From positions 23,994,001-24,058,000 of the forward strand of contig NC_092674.1 in assembly GCF_964355755.1 (NCBI RefSeq): 64,000 nt of DNA, written 5' to 3'. The translations under genes and the position numbers were made by a program. Positions 1 through 14,700 of the stretch are shown one piece after another. The first letter of the stretch is position 1, and every line of letters begins with the position of its first letter. Source of the stretch: Antedon mediterranea. Taxonomy: Eukaryota; Animalia; Echinodermata. A model generated the notes under the pieces. It was not told where the DNA came from. It ran no database searches and was given only the letters and a program-made list of their open reading frames with translations.

Positions 1-2524
1 GAGGAAATAGCAACACATACAGATTATATAAAGTGATGCAGGTACTTGATTACAGTATCTATAGGAGGAAATAGCAACACATACAGATTATATAAAGAGA
101 TGCAGGTACTTGATTACAGTATCTATAGGAGGAAATAGCAACACATACAGATTATATAAAGTGATGCAGGTACTTGATTACAGTATCTATAGGAGGAAAT
201 AGCAACACATACAGATTATATAAAGTGATGCAGATACTTGATTACAGTATCTATAGGAGGAAATAGCAACACATACAGATTATATAAAGTGATGCAGGTA
301 CTTGATTACAGTATCTATAGGAGGAAATAGCAACACATACAGATTATATAAAGTGATGCAGGTACTTGATTACAGTATCTATAGGAGGAAATAGCAACAC
401 ATACAGATTATATAAAGTGATGCAGATACTTGATTACAGTATCTATAGGAGGAAATAGCAACACATACAGATTATATAAAGTGATGCAGGTACTTGATTA
501 CAGTATCTATATGAGGAAATAGCAACACATACAGATTATATAAAGTGATGCAGGTACTTGATTACAGTATCTATAGGAGGAAATAGCAAAAAATACAGAT
601 TATATAAAGTGATGCAAGTACTTGATTACAGTATCTATAGGAGGAAATAGCAACACATACAGATTATATAAAGTGATGCAGGTACTTGATTACAGTATCT
701 ATAGGAGGAAATAGCAACACATACAGATTATATAAAGTGATGCAGGTACTTGATTACAGTATCTATAGGAGGAAATAGCAACACATACAGATTATATAAA
801 GTGATGCAGGTACTTGATTACAGTATCTATAGGAGGAAATAGCAACACATACAGATTATATAAAGTGATGCAGGTACTTGATTACAGTATCTATAGGAGG
901 AAATAGCAACACATACAGATTATATAAAGTGATGCAGGTACTTGATTACAGTATCTATAGGAGGAAATAGCAACACATACAGATTATATAAAGTGATGCA
1001 GATACTTGATTACAGTATCTATAGGAGGAAATAGCAACACATACAGATTATATAAAGTGATGCAGGTACTTGATTACAGTATCTATAGGAGGAAATAGCA
1101 ACACATACAGATTATATAAAGTGATGCAGGTACTTGATTACAGTATCTATAGGAGGAAATAGCAACACATACAGATTACATAAAGTGATGCAGGTACTTG
1201 ATTACAGTATCTATAGGAGGAAATAGCAACACATACAGATTATATAAAGAGATGCAGGTACTTGATTACAGTATCTATAGGAGGAAATAGCAACACATAC
1301 AGATTATATAAAGTGATGCAGGTACTTGATTACAGTATCTATAGGAGGAAATAGCAACACATACAGATTATATAAAGTGATGCAGGTACTTGATTACAGT
1401 ATCTATAGGAGGAAATGGCAAAAAATACATGTTATATAAAGAGATGCAGGTAGTGATTACAGTATCTATAGGAGGAAATAGCAACACATACAGATTATAT
1501 AAAGTGATGCAGGTACTTGATTACAGTATCTATAGGAGGAAATAGCAACACATACAGATTATATAAAGTGATGCAGGTACTTGATTACAGTATCTATAGG
1601 AGGAAATAGCAACACATACAGATTATATAAAGTGATGCAGGTACTTGATTACAGTATCTATAGGAGGAAATAGCAACACATACAGATAATATAAAGTGAT
1701 GCATGTACTTGATTACAGTATCTATAGGAGGAAATAGCAACACATACAGATTATATAAAGTGATGCAGGTACTTGATTACAGTATCTATAGGAGGAAATA
1801 GCAACACATACAGATTATATAAAGTGATGCAGGTACTTGATTACAGTATCTATATGAGGAAATAGCAACACATACAGATTATATAAAGTGATGCATGTAC
1901 TTGATTACAGTATCTATAGGAGGAAATAGCAACACATACAGATTATATAAAGTGATGCATGTACTTGATTACAGTATCTATAGGAGGAAATAGCAACACA
2001 TACAGATTATATAAAGAGATGCAGGTACTTGATTACAGTATCTATAGGAGGAAATAGCAACACATACAGATTATATAAAGTGATGCAGGTACTTGATTAC
2101 AGTATCTATAGGAGGAAATAGCAACACATACAGATTATAGAAAGTGATGCAGGTACTTGATTACAGTATCTATAGGAGGAAATAGCAACACATACAGATT
2201 ATATAAAGTGATGCAGGTACTTGATTACAGTATCTATAGGAGGAAATAGCAACACATACAGATTATATAAAGTGATGCAGGTACTTGATTACAGTATCTA
2301 TAGGAGGAAATAGCAACACATACAGATTATATAAAGTGATGCAGGTACTTGATTACAGTATCTATAGGAGGAAATAGCAACACATACAGATTATATAAAG
2401 TGATGCAGGTACTTGATTACAGTATCTATAGGAGGAAATAGCAACACATACAGATTACATAAAGTGATGCAGGTACTTGATTACAGTATCTATAGGAGGA
2501 AATAGCAACACATACAGATTATAA
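1..2524. repeat. 64-bp tandem minisatellite (~39 copies, truncated by window start), presumably intronic in NUP98-96
   Basis: Unit GAGGAAATAGCAACACATACAGATTATATAAAGTGATGCAGGTACTTGATTACAGTATCTATAG recurs with period 64 (position 961 is in phase with position 1), with few substitutions. Confidence 0.97.
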
Positions 2525-2751
2525 AGATTATAAAGAAAGAAACAATAATTGCAAGAAAAACAATGTAAAACTTGCAACTATAACTTACATCCTGAGAAAA
2601 AAGGTAACCCACTGCAAGATAAAGAGGATAGAACGATAAGATAAAAACATATACAGCATTGTACATTTTGTTTTGGATAGATTCTAAATTTTTGAACATA
2701 AAAAATCACATTTTAAAATTTGTTTAAAATATTTTTCTCAAATTCTTACAG

Positions 2752-5700
2752 TACCTCGCACTGAAGCTGAAGAAAAAATGGAAGAGAATTTTGAACCTGT
2801 GACGACCTCTGACCTAGCAAAGACCTTGGGCATTAGTACTCATAGAATGCAAGTGATGAAGGCTTCCTTTTTTGCTATGGATGAGGAAGACAGTTCAGGA
2901 CCTGGCATGCAGAATGGTGTCAATGGATATGGTGGGTGAAGACAGTCCTCAAATAATCATTTATTTTATATTATTATTATCATATCATTTTGTTCTTCCT
3001 ATACTTTGCAGAACATTTGTTTTGTTACATTTATGTAGCTTAGCTGTAGCTTGGTGGTTAACATGCTTGCCTTCCAATCCCAAGGTCCAGAGTTTAATCT
3101 GACCTAGTGTCAGACTCTTTCAACCCCCCCCCCCAAGCCTCATGAGACTTAGTTTATAAGCATGCTAAATTATAGAATTGTTTGTCCATCTTGTAATTGG
3201 CGAGTTTCTTGCTGTTGGATGCGTATGAAAAAACAAAAATGTTTTTTTTATATATTGCTCACTTTCTTTCATTTCTTTGTCTAGATATTCCAAAACCTAT
3301 TTCATCCACAACAAATAGCCTCTTTTTGCACTCACCCCTGCCTAAAATGGAACAGTCCATTGATGTTGATAATACAGGTAAGTAAATGTTGATTAAGAAA
3401 TAATATATATGTACAAATAACAAGTACAATATGGTCTCTTTTTGTTTAAGGCAGTTTCTTTAGACTTGCTAAAACTATAGTTTTAAAATATTTAAAATTC
3501 AATTATATGTTTATTTGATATTTTTTTGTGTGTAATATTTTAGGCTTTGAATTTCGTTCAAGAAAAGTTCGACCCATGCCTTCGTCAAGTCCCGCTAAAT
3601 TCATTCACGATAGCGTAAAAGAGGAAAGCTATAAACGAGAGTCTTTTATTCCAGGTATGTTAAATTATTAATCTTGCGCAAGAAAGTTTATTTGTACAAA
3701 TGTACATGCCCCAACAAAGTGTCCCCATAATAGGAGTTTACCCTAAATAGGAATGACTGTAAAAAAATATGTTTCTCCTTATTCATCTTAATAAGAGTGT
3801 CCCAAAGGAATAATAATTCTATACGTTACTGTTTAGGGGAGAATATTTTCTTTAGTTGAAAGATATACTTTTCTATTTAAACTACATTCTATAAAACTCT
3901 CTCTATATAACCTTCTAATAATACTCCAGGCAACTCTCCAATGCTGGACACTCCTGGACTGGCCAAATATGTCTGGCCTGGAGAAAAGTCTGGTTTTGGG
4001 AGAGTGTCCGGTTTTCAGAGAGTCTGGGATTGAGAGTTTTAGCTTGCTTGCTGTGGCATCCCTTTCCACTTATATTTCTTTTCTTGCATTTATTTTTAAT
4101 ATGTTCATTATTAGTTTGCTCTATTATTTGTGAAAATGAATGTTATTGTTAAATTGAAATAAAAATATATATGTAAAGTTATATTTTTACTTATTTACCC
4201 TTCTTAACAGGGCTTTTTGCTACTTCAAAATACCCAGTTCAACCATTGTTGCCTCCCCTCTCACAATCCCTGCGCCTTCCTAACAGCTATCAACCAGATG
4301 ACAAAGGGCCTAGGGTTGTGGGGGCAAGACGGCAACCAATGCTTGTCCCACTGAAAGAGTCTGTTGTCAATGGCAAGTCACATTACTGTTCAGATGCATC
4401 GCTCATGATGGGCCGGTCATTCAGGGCAAGTTTTGGTCCGAATTGGAAGCTGGTTCATGCAGGGATGCCGTTAGGTCAGAAAGATGAAGGTAAGACTAAC
4501 TGGTTGTTTGTTATTTATTTATACCGGGTGACCTCATCAGTCAAAGACTGGTCTCTCGAAAGAGACGAGTAGGTTCTTTAGAGTGCACATGAGCTAGATG
4601 TGTACACGGGACCTACGGTTTATAGTCATTATCTGAGAAGACTTATTCTACTACCAGAACCATGGAGCAAGTGAGCCTGGAACTGTTGCCGATGCTATGG
4701 CTATGTAATTACGGTTCCACTGTCTTAACCGCTTAGCCACTCACGGTTTGTGTAAGACTAATCGTTGATCAAATATTGAATAACAAGTTTTAAAAAAAAT
4801 AAATAAAAATACAATTTTACATGTTGTTGGTTATATGAAATAATAAGTAGTCGTAGAAATTGGCTAGACACATTAGAAATTAACGACCTGGGCTACGATG
4901 AGATGAAAAAGTAAGCCATAGTAAACAATACTTGTTCTGGATGATGGGTGCACGTGATAAAAATGTGTATTAAACACCCTTTTTATAGTTTTTCTAGGGG
5001 AGCTATTAGATATTGTAGAAACGATATTAACTTTGCAACCTTTTTAATCTCAGTTTTGAATGAAACATGTTCCTAATTTCTACCGTAATAACAAAAATAA
5101 TACACATATTAGTTTATGAATGTAAACGTGAATATAAAAGTACAGCTTTATTTTACATCAAGTAGTGATATGACATCATCATGTCAATATATAGACACAT
5201 CACATTTTAGTGTGTGTCACTTTCAGAATACATTAAATTACAAAGCATCATTTAAGTTGATGTTTTTTTCATATTGTAACATCTGGCTGGTGAGCTTCTG
5301 AAAGTAAATATTAATTTTAAATTGTTTAATGTATTCATTGCACAATATAAACTTATTTATGTACGTTTGATACTGATTTTCTCCTCAGTTAAAGTAGAAC
5401 CAGTTGGGTTTGGCTTTCTACCTTCCATGTCAGAGCAACCACGAACAAAGTCTTCACCGTTTCAAATCACAATCGAACAGCTTCATGTTGGAGAACATTT
5501 AAAACCAAATGATAATAACGTTATGGTATGTATTTAAATAGTTTGAATTAACTTATAAAAAATAATAAAGCTTGGTTTACACTAGGACGCAACGCAAGGA
5601 CTTCAACACAACGCAAGTAATTTGACCAACCATCATCCTTTGCATTGATAGGTCAAATTACTTGCATCGCGCTTGCACCCTAGTGGGAACCATGCTTAAA

Positions 5701-8700
5701 TAAGCAGTAGCAATATTGGAAAAAATAATGTTGGCACTCATAACTTGAGATCCAAGAGTTTTGAGTTGCCATATTGTTCCAGGGAATAGCTGTCGTACAA
5801 TAATTTATTTTACATGTTTGTTGATATGTTTTGTTCACACTACAAACAAAATGTATGCATTTAACTGCTTTTCAGAAAAGAATTCTATATAGCTATTTTT
5901 ACATAAAACTTGCACATACATAAACGAAAATATAATACCCTTTTCACATCTGCATAAATTGTTACAACGTGTAACCAGGTTTGATCTAACGATTTATTAC
6001 ACGTTTTCATACACGCATACGCGAACCTTGAGAAATCTTGGAAGGAAAGAAGCGTATTTGCGAGTATTTGATTACTATGATTGGTCCGTTTAATGTCAAG
6101 AAAATACATGTGCGCGCAGTAAGAATTTAGAACATCTCAGAAAAAAAAATAGACCTCTCATCAGTGTGTTCCCCCTGTGAAATGTTAGGACATTTTCCAC
6201 AAAATTGTATTCACACTATGCAAACCCGGCCACTTACCAAATGATTACCTGTGCGTCGCCCTCTGGGGCCACTTACCAATTGATAAAGACAATGAAGAAG
6301 GTATGGTACATGTTAATGAATATTTTACGAGTTATTTATTTTAATACACATTTATATGTTTTTGTTTGTTAGGAACTACATGAAAGGTCTCTGTCTGTAC
6401 AACTCAACAACAGTGTCTGCTCCACAAACAATTCAACGTGTCCAGTATTTGCCCCTCGACCTGGTGTCACAACACTTCATGAGTATTCAACAGTTTCCGG
6501 AGAGGATGTACGCAACAATCTGTCTAAAGATACGGCAGAACTGAAACATACCAAAAGAGTGTGGGACCTGTGCGTCGCCCTCTGGGGCCACTTACAAAAT
6601 GATGAGGATAATGAAGAAGGTATGGTGCATGTTAATGAATATTTAACGAGTTATTAATTTATTTTATTGTCAATACACAATGATATGTTTTGTGTTTTTT
6701 TTAATTGCAAATGAAATTTTCTGTGCTGTACATTATTCTTTATTTTAAACTTGGAAATAATTGGTAACACACATTTTACAAAGACAATTTTTTACAGTAG
6801 GGCATATTCTTCACATACCCTGATTTTACATTCCTGTGATTTGATTTTTAGCTATTCAATACATAAATAGTGCACTGTATTTTGTTTTCGGTGGATTTTG
6901 TAAAAGTTTTTATGTTTATATGTTTCTAGCTGTATATGTAAACAAAACATTACTACTACAGGATCTACATGTTGGGGTGGGTCAGGGTTCATACTGTATT
7001 GTTGATCTCTGTTACTTTACTCGTTTTGCAGGCTTCACATCTAATGATTATGCAAGGCAGAAGGCAAGAAGGCAGGCTTTGACACAGTGGTTGACGTCAT
7101 CAATTAGTGATCAAGTTATGAAAGAAGTCCAAGATTTTAAATATCAAGTAAGCAGTAGCCAGTAATAATAACTAATAACATAAAGTGTTTAAAAATCAAT
7201 TTGCAATATATAGCATGCTTACCAAAAGAAACGCATCCAATTCTGTCAGCTGAAAATCTGTTTGAATATAATTCTAGGAAAATGGCAATGTGCGAGGTGT
7301 CCTATCCTTATTAAGTGGTGGTCTGGTTGCAGAGGCTAGCAAGCTGGCTCAGGATTCTGGTGAGCCTAGGCTAGCAATGTTAACATCACAAGCAGAGGGA
7401 TGTGAAAGGACCAGGCAGTTGATTACAGAACAACTTCTATATTGGAAACAAGTGAAGGTAGTGTAGTATAAGTCTGGTTTTTCATTCATTTTTTGTACGA
7501 TCGTGACTGTTGATGCTATTAAGAGAGGTACAAACACACAGATCCCTACTTGGTTTTTATGTTTCTGCTTTTACCTTTCTTCTCTGTCCAGTTGTGATAT
7601 CACTTTGTAATCAAACCTAGGTGATGTGCCCATATATGGACATGATGATGTCATATCACTATCATATTTGGGCAACATCACATTTTTGTGAGTCAAAAAT
7701 AGTTTGATAGTGTAGACAGATGTTTACATTTGTGCAGTAATGTGTGAATTGGGTATAAGTAATTGATTTATTTCACTACTTACAGGCCGACTGTTACATC
7801 AGTAAAGAACATCTGTGCGTGTATGCTCTCCTAGGTGGTCAACTTGTATGGCCTTCATCAATTGGTAACATAAACACTTGTGAGGAGATGGACTGGAAAA
7901 GAGCATTAGCTATTCACCTTTGGTATGTTAAAACCTTAATAATATAATTTTTCCCATGAACAGATATGAATAAATCACTTTAAAAAAAACTATTTGTAAA
8001 CTCTTTTGGTCTACTAACTAACTACTGCATTTAAACACTGGTTTTCGTCAGCTCACCGAAGTTAATAAACTTAGGGGCCAGTTGCGTTCTGGATGGGAGA
8101 CCATCTGGAAATAGCGGCAGGTGCTGTATATACCTGGGAGTGATGGTGTAATGATAATATTTGACTAGCATGTGATAGGCATGGGGTTGAGGCTATCTGT
8201 GCGATACTCATTGCATCCTTAGGCAAGATGCTTTACTTTCATTGCCTCGACCTCTTGGATGGGATGTAAAGCTGTTGGTCCCATGTACATATAGTGCAAT
8301 TCAAGGACTTGGTTCAGTACAGTACAGTTTCATTCCTCCCACTGATGCCAGTCGCATCCAAGAGGCAGTCTTTTCTAGCATCCAAATATATGCTGGGTCT
8401 GACTGTTGAAGGGCTTCCTTGACTGGGTTAGCTTCTTAGCTTGACTAGGATCGCACTGAAGGAGATTGCTTAATTTGATCCAGGGGGTCACCATAGTATG
8501 GTACACTATTCGAAAAGAGTGGAGGATCGTCTCCCGATGTGCTGATCTGGTAGGCACTGCATTGCTGTCGGTGGAGAGCCTAATCCGAATTTCCTCAATT
8601 TACAGTTAAGTTTGAAGAAGGCTTGTGCCTCAGTGTGTGTAAACTCCAAAGTTTAGCTAGGCAATGTGAAAGGTGTATAGTTACTAATATTGTGTGTGTT

Positions 8701-11700
8701 TTATATTGTATTTTTGGATGGTGTTTCCAAATGAAAACAAGTGGAAAGTTGACATACTTGTTTTTTTTTATTGTAGGTATTTTTGTCCACCTACTGCATC
8801 TATATCAGAAGCTTTGTCAGAATATGAAAAAGGAGCTATGGTAAATGGTTTATTGCTTTTAAAAAGTGTATTAAAAGGAAAAATACAGTGTAAACCCATA
8901 ACATTAAGGGATACGTATACTTATGCTAGATGGGTGTCTCAAAAGAGGAGTGTCCAAAAAGATGGGGGTGTCCCAGAAGATGGGTGTGCCAAAAGAGAGG
9001 GTGTCCAAAAAAGAGGGCTGTCCCAAAAGAGGATTTGTCTCCCAGAAGAAAGGTTTCCCAAAAGGGCTGTCCCAGAAGATGGGTGTCCCAAAATAGGGGG
9101 GGGGGGGTCACAGAAAGGGGTGTCCCAAAAGAGCTTAAGTAAAAGTACTATACTTAGTTAAATTGTTTTTTTGGTTTTTTTTGCAGGGCAAGAGTGACCT
9201 CGGACACTACTGCAATCCCCCACGCCCCTCGTACATTGAAGACGAAAAATCGTTAGTAGTTGATGAGACCGAGGATTGTGAAGATGATGTGACAGACACG
9301 TGTTATCATTTATTAAAAATCTATAGTATAAAATCGCACCGATTGGACAGTACACTAGCGCCAACCACACACACATGCTACCCTATGGACTATAGGTTGA
9401 GGTAAGTTTATGTTAGGAAGAGGAACTCAGTATTGTAAAGCCCTCATTTATTTACAATACCAAGCAGGTTTTGAAGATTAAAAATTTCAATTTGGTACAT
9501 AGCCTTTTTTAGTGTGGGATTCTCTGTAAATCAAAATTTGTTTATTTTACCAGGATATCATCACATTTTGATAAAACGTACACGATTGCTTTAATTCTGA
9601 ATATTAGATAGACAGATATTTATATTATTTTAGATATAATATATATGTATATATATACTAGATATTCAATCCACCTATGTGAAATTTGGGGATCGACCAA
9701 CAGCAAGTCACTTGATAAAATGTTTTATAATTTTTTGTGCTTATAAACTAAGTCTCATTTGAGGCTTAGGGAGTGGAAATTAAAGAGTCATGAGTTACAA
9801 GCCCGGCATTTAGTCAGGATTGAACCATGGAATTGGAAGGCATGTTAACCACCAAGCTACAGCTCCACTACAAGAATTGACTTGACTGCAAAACCTTACT
9901 TTACTAATGATGTATGATGTACATTGAAATATAAAATGTTAACTTCCTTTAATTCTCAAAACCCTGTTTTTCTATTTGTTGTTCGTTACAGTTGGCATTT
10001 ATCCCAAGTATTGGAGGCTCTACACTACTCACACATATCTGAACAGGCAATGTGTACGTTACACACAAGCTATGCAGCTCAGTTAGAAGCACTAGGACTG
10101 TGGCACTGGGCTGTCTTTGTTCTGTTACATATTCCCAACAATAGAAGGTACGTATTGAACACAAATATTAAAAAAATATCCTTGCCATTTGATTGGTTGA
10201 TTACCGTACCATTTACCATGCCGGTACATGCCATGTCATTCCGGTTTTGTACAAGTTTTTAAAATGTTGTCAAACATAGAGCTGTGACTGTTACACGTTT
10301 GAAAACCAACCTGCAGTGTGCGGCGCCTATAAATAAATTAATCTGCGATCAAATTTTTAAAGCCATAGGTTTGGAAGTATTCGCATGTGTCTTTTTCTAT
10401 AACATATAGTGAACTGATAACAAATTAAAAAAACTATAAAACTACTGAATAAAAAATTAACCATTTTTTATATTCATAGACGTGAATTATCTGTGAAAAA
10501 GTTGTTGTGTCGTCAGTGCAGCTTAAAACGAACTGAAGAAACTTGCAATAAAGAAAGATTTTTACTTGAAGAGCTACAGATACCAGCAAAATGGATACAT
10601 GAAGCAAAGGTATAAAACATAAATGCAATATTCAAACTATATTGTTTACCTTTATTTACCTCCGCCAAGGAGGTATATGTAATCGATCGCGTGTGTTTGT
10701 TTGTGTGCTGACCTCACGAGCTTGAACCATCAACCTCGCTATTCAGTAGATAAACTCAATCCACAACAAAAAATACTGCAACACAATCACTTGTTGACTG
10801 ACTCGTTAATACAGCAAATTCAGCCATAAACAGGGTGAACTGAAATTAAGCATAACTTAAGTCCAGCTCCAAATAGTAATAAACATAACATAAATATAAA
10901 CTATCTGCAAAACAGATCAAACGTAGCGCCCTCTTACGGAGGTTTACAAGCCTAAAGAACTTATTAAACAAAGTCATCAAATAATCAACAGCGCCCTCAT
11001 ACGGACGTGACTACTTCTATAGATACGGCATACAAAATAGAACACGGAGACTCGTGTTTATCGCCATGCTGTTCGAGCGATCGTATAAGATTCAATCTAC
11101 GCAGGCATAGGCCTACGACCACAATGTAGTATAGCATTAATAATCTAGGCCACTACTGTGGTTATATAATTCTAATTATTGTAATATAATACTCTAACAA
11201 CTTACAAGCAATGTGCGGCCTACTAGTTTAGTAAATTACACACTATCTCGGCACAATAAGACATTTAGAAGCCGAACTCTAGAACACATGTAGTCAATGC
11301 GAAACTTATAACATGGATCCTAATTACATACGCCCTCTCTTGGAAAGGCAAGATGCAGCTAAAATAAGAGCAACACAGTTTGTCTGTCTGTTTGTTTGTT
11401 TGTTTGTTTGTTAGCAGGATTACTCAAAAAGTAATTATAAGATCTTTACCAAAATAAATATACAGATAGATATGTGGTCAAGGACCATTCCATTAAATTT
11501 TGGGACCATTTGGGACCATGGTCCCAATTCTGGACCACTTTTTAGTATACTTTTCAAACCTGCTAGTGATAAAAGATAGGACAGAATTTTTCAAAAGCCG
11601 GCGAGCAGTCTTAAAGTAACAAGTAAACTAAAATTGCATTTTCTTGAGAACTACTTGTCCAAAACACTTCATTTTTGTACAAGAGGCAAGAGTTATAATT

Positions 11701-14700
11701 GGTGATTTGTAATTTTAATTTGATTTAATGTGCACCTTTTTTTATGAGAGTAGTTTAAAAAACCTATTTCTTTTCAAATTCACTCGTTTGATTTTCGCGT
11801 TGCTGTTCTATTGTTAGTCAACTGAAGCTATTGTTAATTGAAAGGCTAATTGTTACATAACCATTACACCAAACTCACATACACATGCTTGTAGTGAAAT
11901 TAGCCTAAATCATTTATAACACTAACAGCATTAAAACACACACAAATATATATAAATATATATTTTTTTCCCGGAGAAATCTTATGTAGGAGAATTTTAC
12001 AGTAGGCGGAGGTATGCACTCTCGGAGTGGCTTTCTAGTTTATAATTTATTTATTTATTTATTTAGTCATCAATTACATCATAATTGCAATACAACTGAT
12101 AACAAGGATCCTGCATAAAAAAGCTGTAGCTTCGTTTTTTGTAGGACCCTTTTACATAACAATATATATTCTGGTATATAAACACATTTACAAAAGGCAG
12201 AACAAGTCCAAAAATATTGTATTACAAAGACATGTATAAAAATAGTATGAAAAAAATAGATATGAAATATTGAATTGCCTATTATAAAACTACTACTGTA
12301 CGATTTATATTTATTATATTTCATAATACAAAGTAAATACAGTAGTTAAACGCCAGGATTCTCTTCAATAAGTGTTTTGTATTTTTTGAATGGGAAGAGT
12401 ATTTTCATTCGTTGAAAGATTGACTCCTATTTAACTTAAAGATGTATTGTCCCTTGAAACACAAAAAAATGAAAGTCAAAATATTCTAAATTTAAATTGG
12501 CCATATCAAAGTAATATTAAAGTTATTCACTTTAAGTCAAAAATTCGTGCCAAAAACCACAATTTTACGTAATTAACAGGTAAATTAGTTTTATTACATT
12601 TTGTCTGGAAAATCGTCACAAGCGAAAGTAAACAAAGATTTCAAACCAAGAGTATGCATTATGCATGATCCTAATTAGGATTGTTTACAACTCGTCACGG
12701 TTGAGAAGGTGTTTTCACACAGATCGCGAGGAAGTTTTATGATTATGCATACATAGTAGCCAAACAAGCGCGTTGCATTATGAGATATGTTTTGATCGAA
12801 AACTTTGACTGGAAGTCACAGTTTTTTTTTTAACGAATTACTTATCAATTATTGTACAATAGTATTATTACAAGTTGAATGGCGAGAAAAAAATATTAAA
12901 AAGTTAAAGATGTATTGTCCCTTTTGTCAAATTCCAAAAAAAATAAAAATTAGAAGATTTCGAAAAAAAGTGGGTCATTTTGAAGTATCATAATAGTTAT
13001 TAACTTTCCCCAAAAATTAGTCGAAAAAAAAAATTATTTAACTGAAATACTGAAAAAACGTCTGTATTTCAGTTAAATAATTTTTTTTTTCGACTAATTT
13101 TTGGGGAAAGTTAATAACTATTATGATACTTCAAAATGACCCACTTTTTTTCGAAATCTTCTAATTTTTATTTTTTTTGGAATTTGACAAAAGGGACAAT
13201 ACATCTTTAACTTTTTAATATTTTTTTCTCGCCATTCAACTTGTAATAATACTATTGTACAATAATTGATAAGTAATTCGTATTTGTGTAAAATAATTGT
13301 TGGAATCCTCAGTTTTGAAGAACAAATCAACAATGAGCCTTTAAAGTCCGATTATCTACCTATCTAATTTAAGGTCACAAACTACATTTAATGTAAAAAT
13401 AAATACTATATGGTCCTATTGCGATAACTTTTTTCGTCTTTAAAGACCGTTCACGGGAGGACATTTGATGTGAGCTACTTAGGTAGTTCATTGTTTCTCT
13501 CTTTTTATCATAATTTACCATAAAATGTACATTTCAAGCAATGAATGACCTGGATTCATTGGTTTTAAAGTAATACATATGCAATATTTTTACGAATCGT
13601 CAAGTATGTAGGGAATGTGTCTTTAACTTTTAACATTATTTTTGTCTTGTTCTGTAGTCATTACGAGCAAAATATGAAGGGCGCCACAGTGACCAGGCAT
13701 ACCATCTATTGAAGGCGGGCTTTTGGAACGAGTGCCATAAGATAGTTTTACATGAACTAGCTGCAGATTCCTTCATTAATGGTAAGGCAATACTTTTAAA
13801 TATATATTTCAATCCAAAGGCAAATTACTGAAAATAATGACAATGTTGTAGGTATCAGTGGCATGGATCTCAATGGAGATACAAAATAAAAGAAGCAAAA
13901 AGCTAAATCAAAACGATAAAACAGCCAGAAAAATTAGCAGAGTTTTCGGGCAATACTAGCCCTTCATATAAAATATATATTTATATATACTGTACATAAT
14001 ATTGTTAAAATTGTGTTGATCTGGGCGTCCGTGGTTAAATAAAGTTCAATTGAATGTTTTATTAATGAAATCCTGGAATGAAACCTACTTCTTTCGTTTA
14101 ATATTAATGTTTATTATTTATGCTTTGGCTGTAACTAGTAGCGACCAGCTCGTAATTGTAACTTATGCTTCAATTATGCAAATTATTCATTAAAAAGAAA
14201 TTGTTTATAATGCTTTTGGCATGAACCTATTCAAAAAGTTGTACAATCGATACGTTTTGTTTTTATAATGTGTACAATAAATAATACAATACAATAGATA
14301 AGTTTACTTTATATAATGTGTACAATATATAAGTTGTACAGTAGATAGGTTTTACTTATATAATGTGTACAATATATAAGTTGTACAGTAGATACATTTT
14401 ACTTTATATAATGTGTACAATATATAAGTTGTACAGTAGATACATTTTTCTTTATATAATGTGTACAATATATAAGTTGTACAGTAGATACATTTTTCTT
14501 TATATAATGTGTACAATATATTTTATTTATTTTATTTATTTATTTTATTCAAACTCATTCAACAGCGGGAAACCCGCCCCTTACAGAATGGAATAATAAG
14601 TAACTTATAAATATAAGTTGTACAGTAGATACATTTTACTTTATATAATGTGAACAATATATAAGTTGTACAGTAGATACATTTTACTTTATATAATGTG

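Noticed and set aside
1-2524. CRISPR-like array or tandem micro-exons
   Set aside because: No unique spacers, eukaryotic context; the implied 23-nt introns are too short and the unit has an in-frame TGA
4520-4545. Second hammerhead (CTGATGAG on minus strand)
   Set aside because: No GAAA box after a helix II
8009-8130. Functional 5S rRNA gene
   Set aside because: Too diverged, no oligo-T terminator, continues into a SINE body
12805-13333. Two identical small proteins on opposite strands
   Set aside because: Consequence of the palindrome
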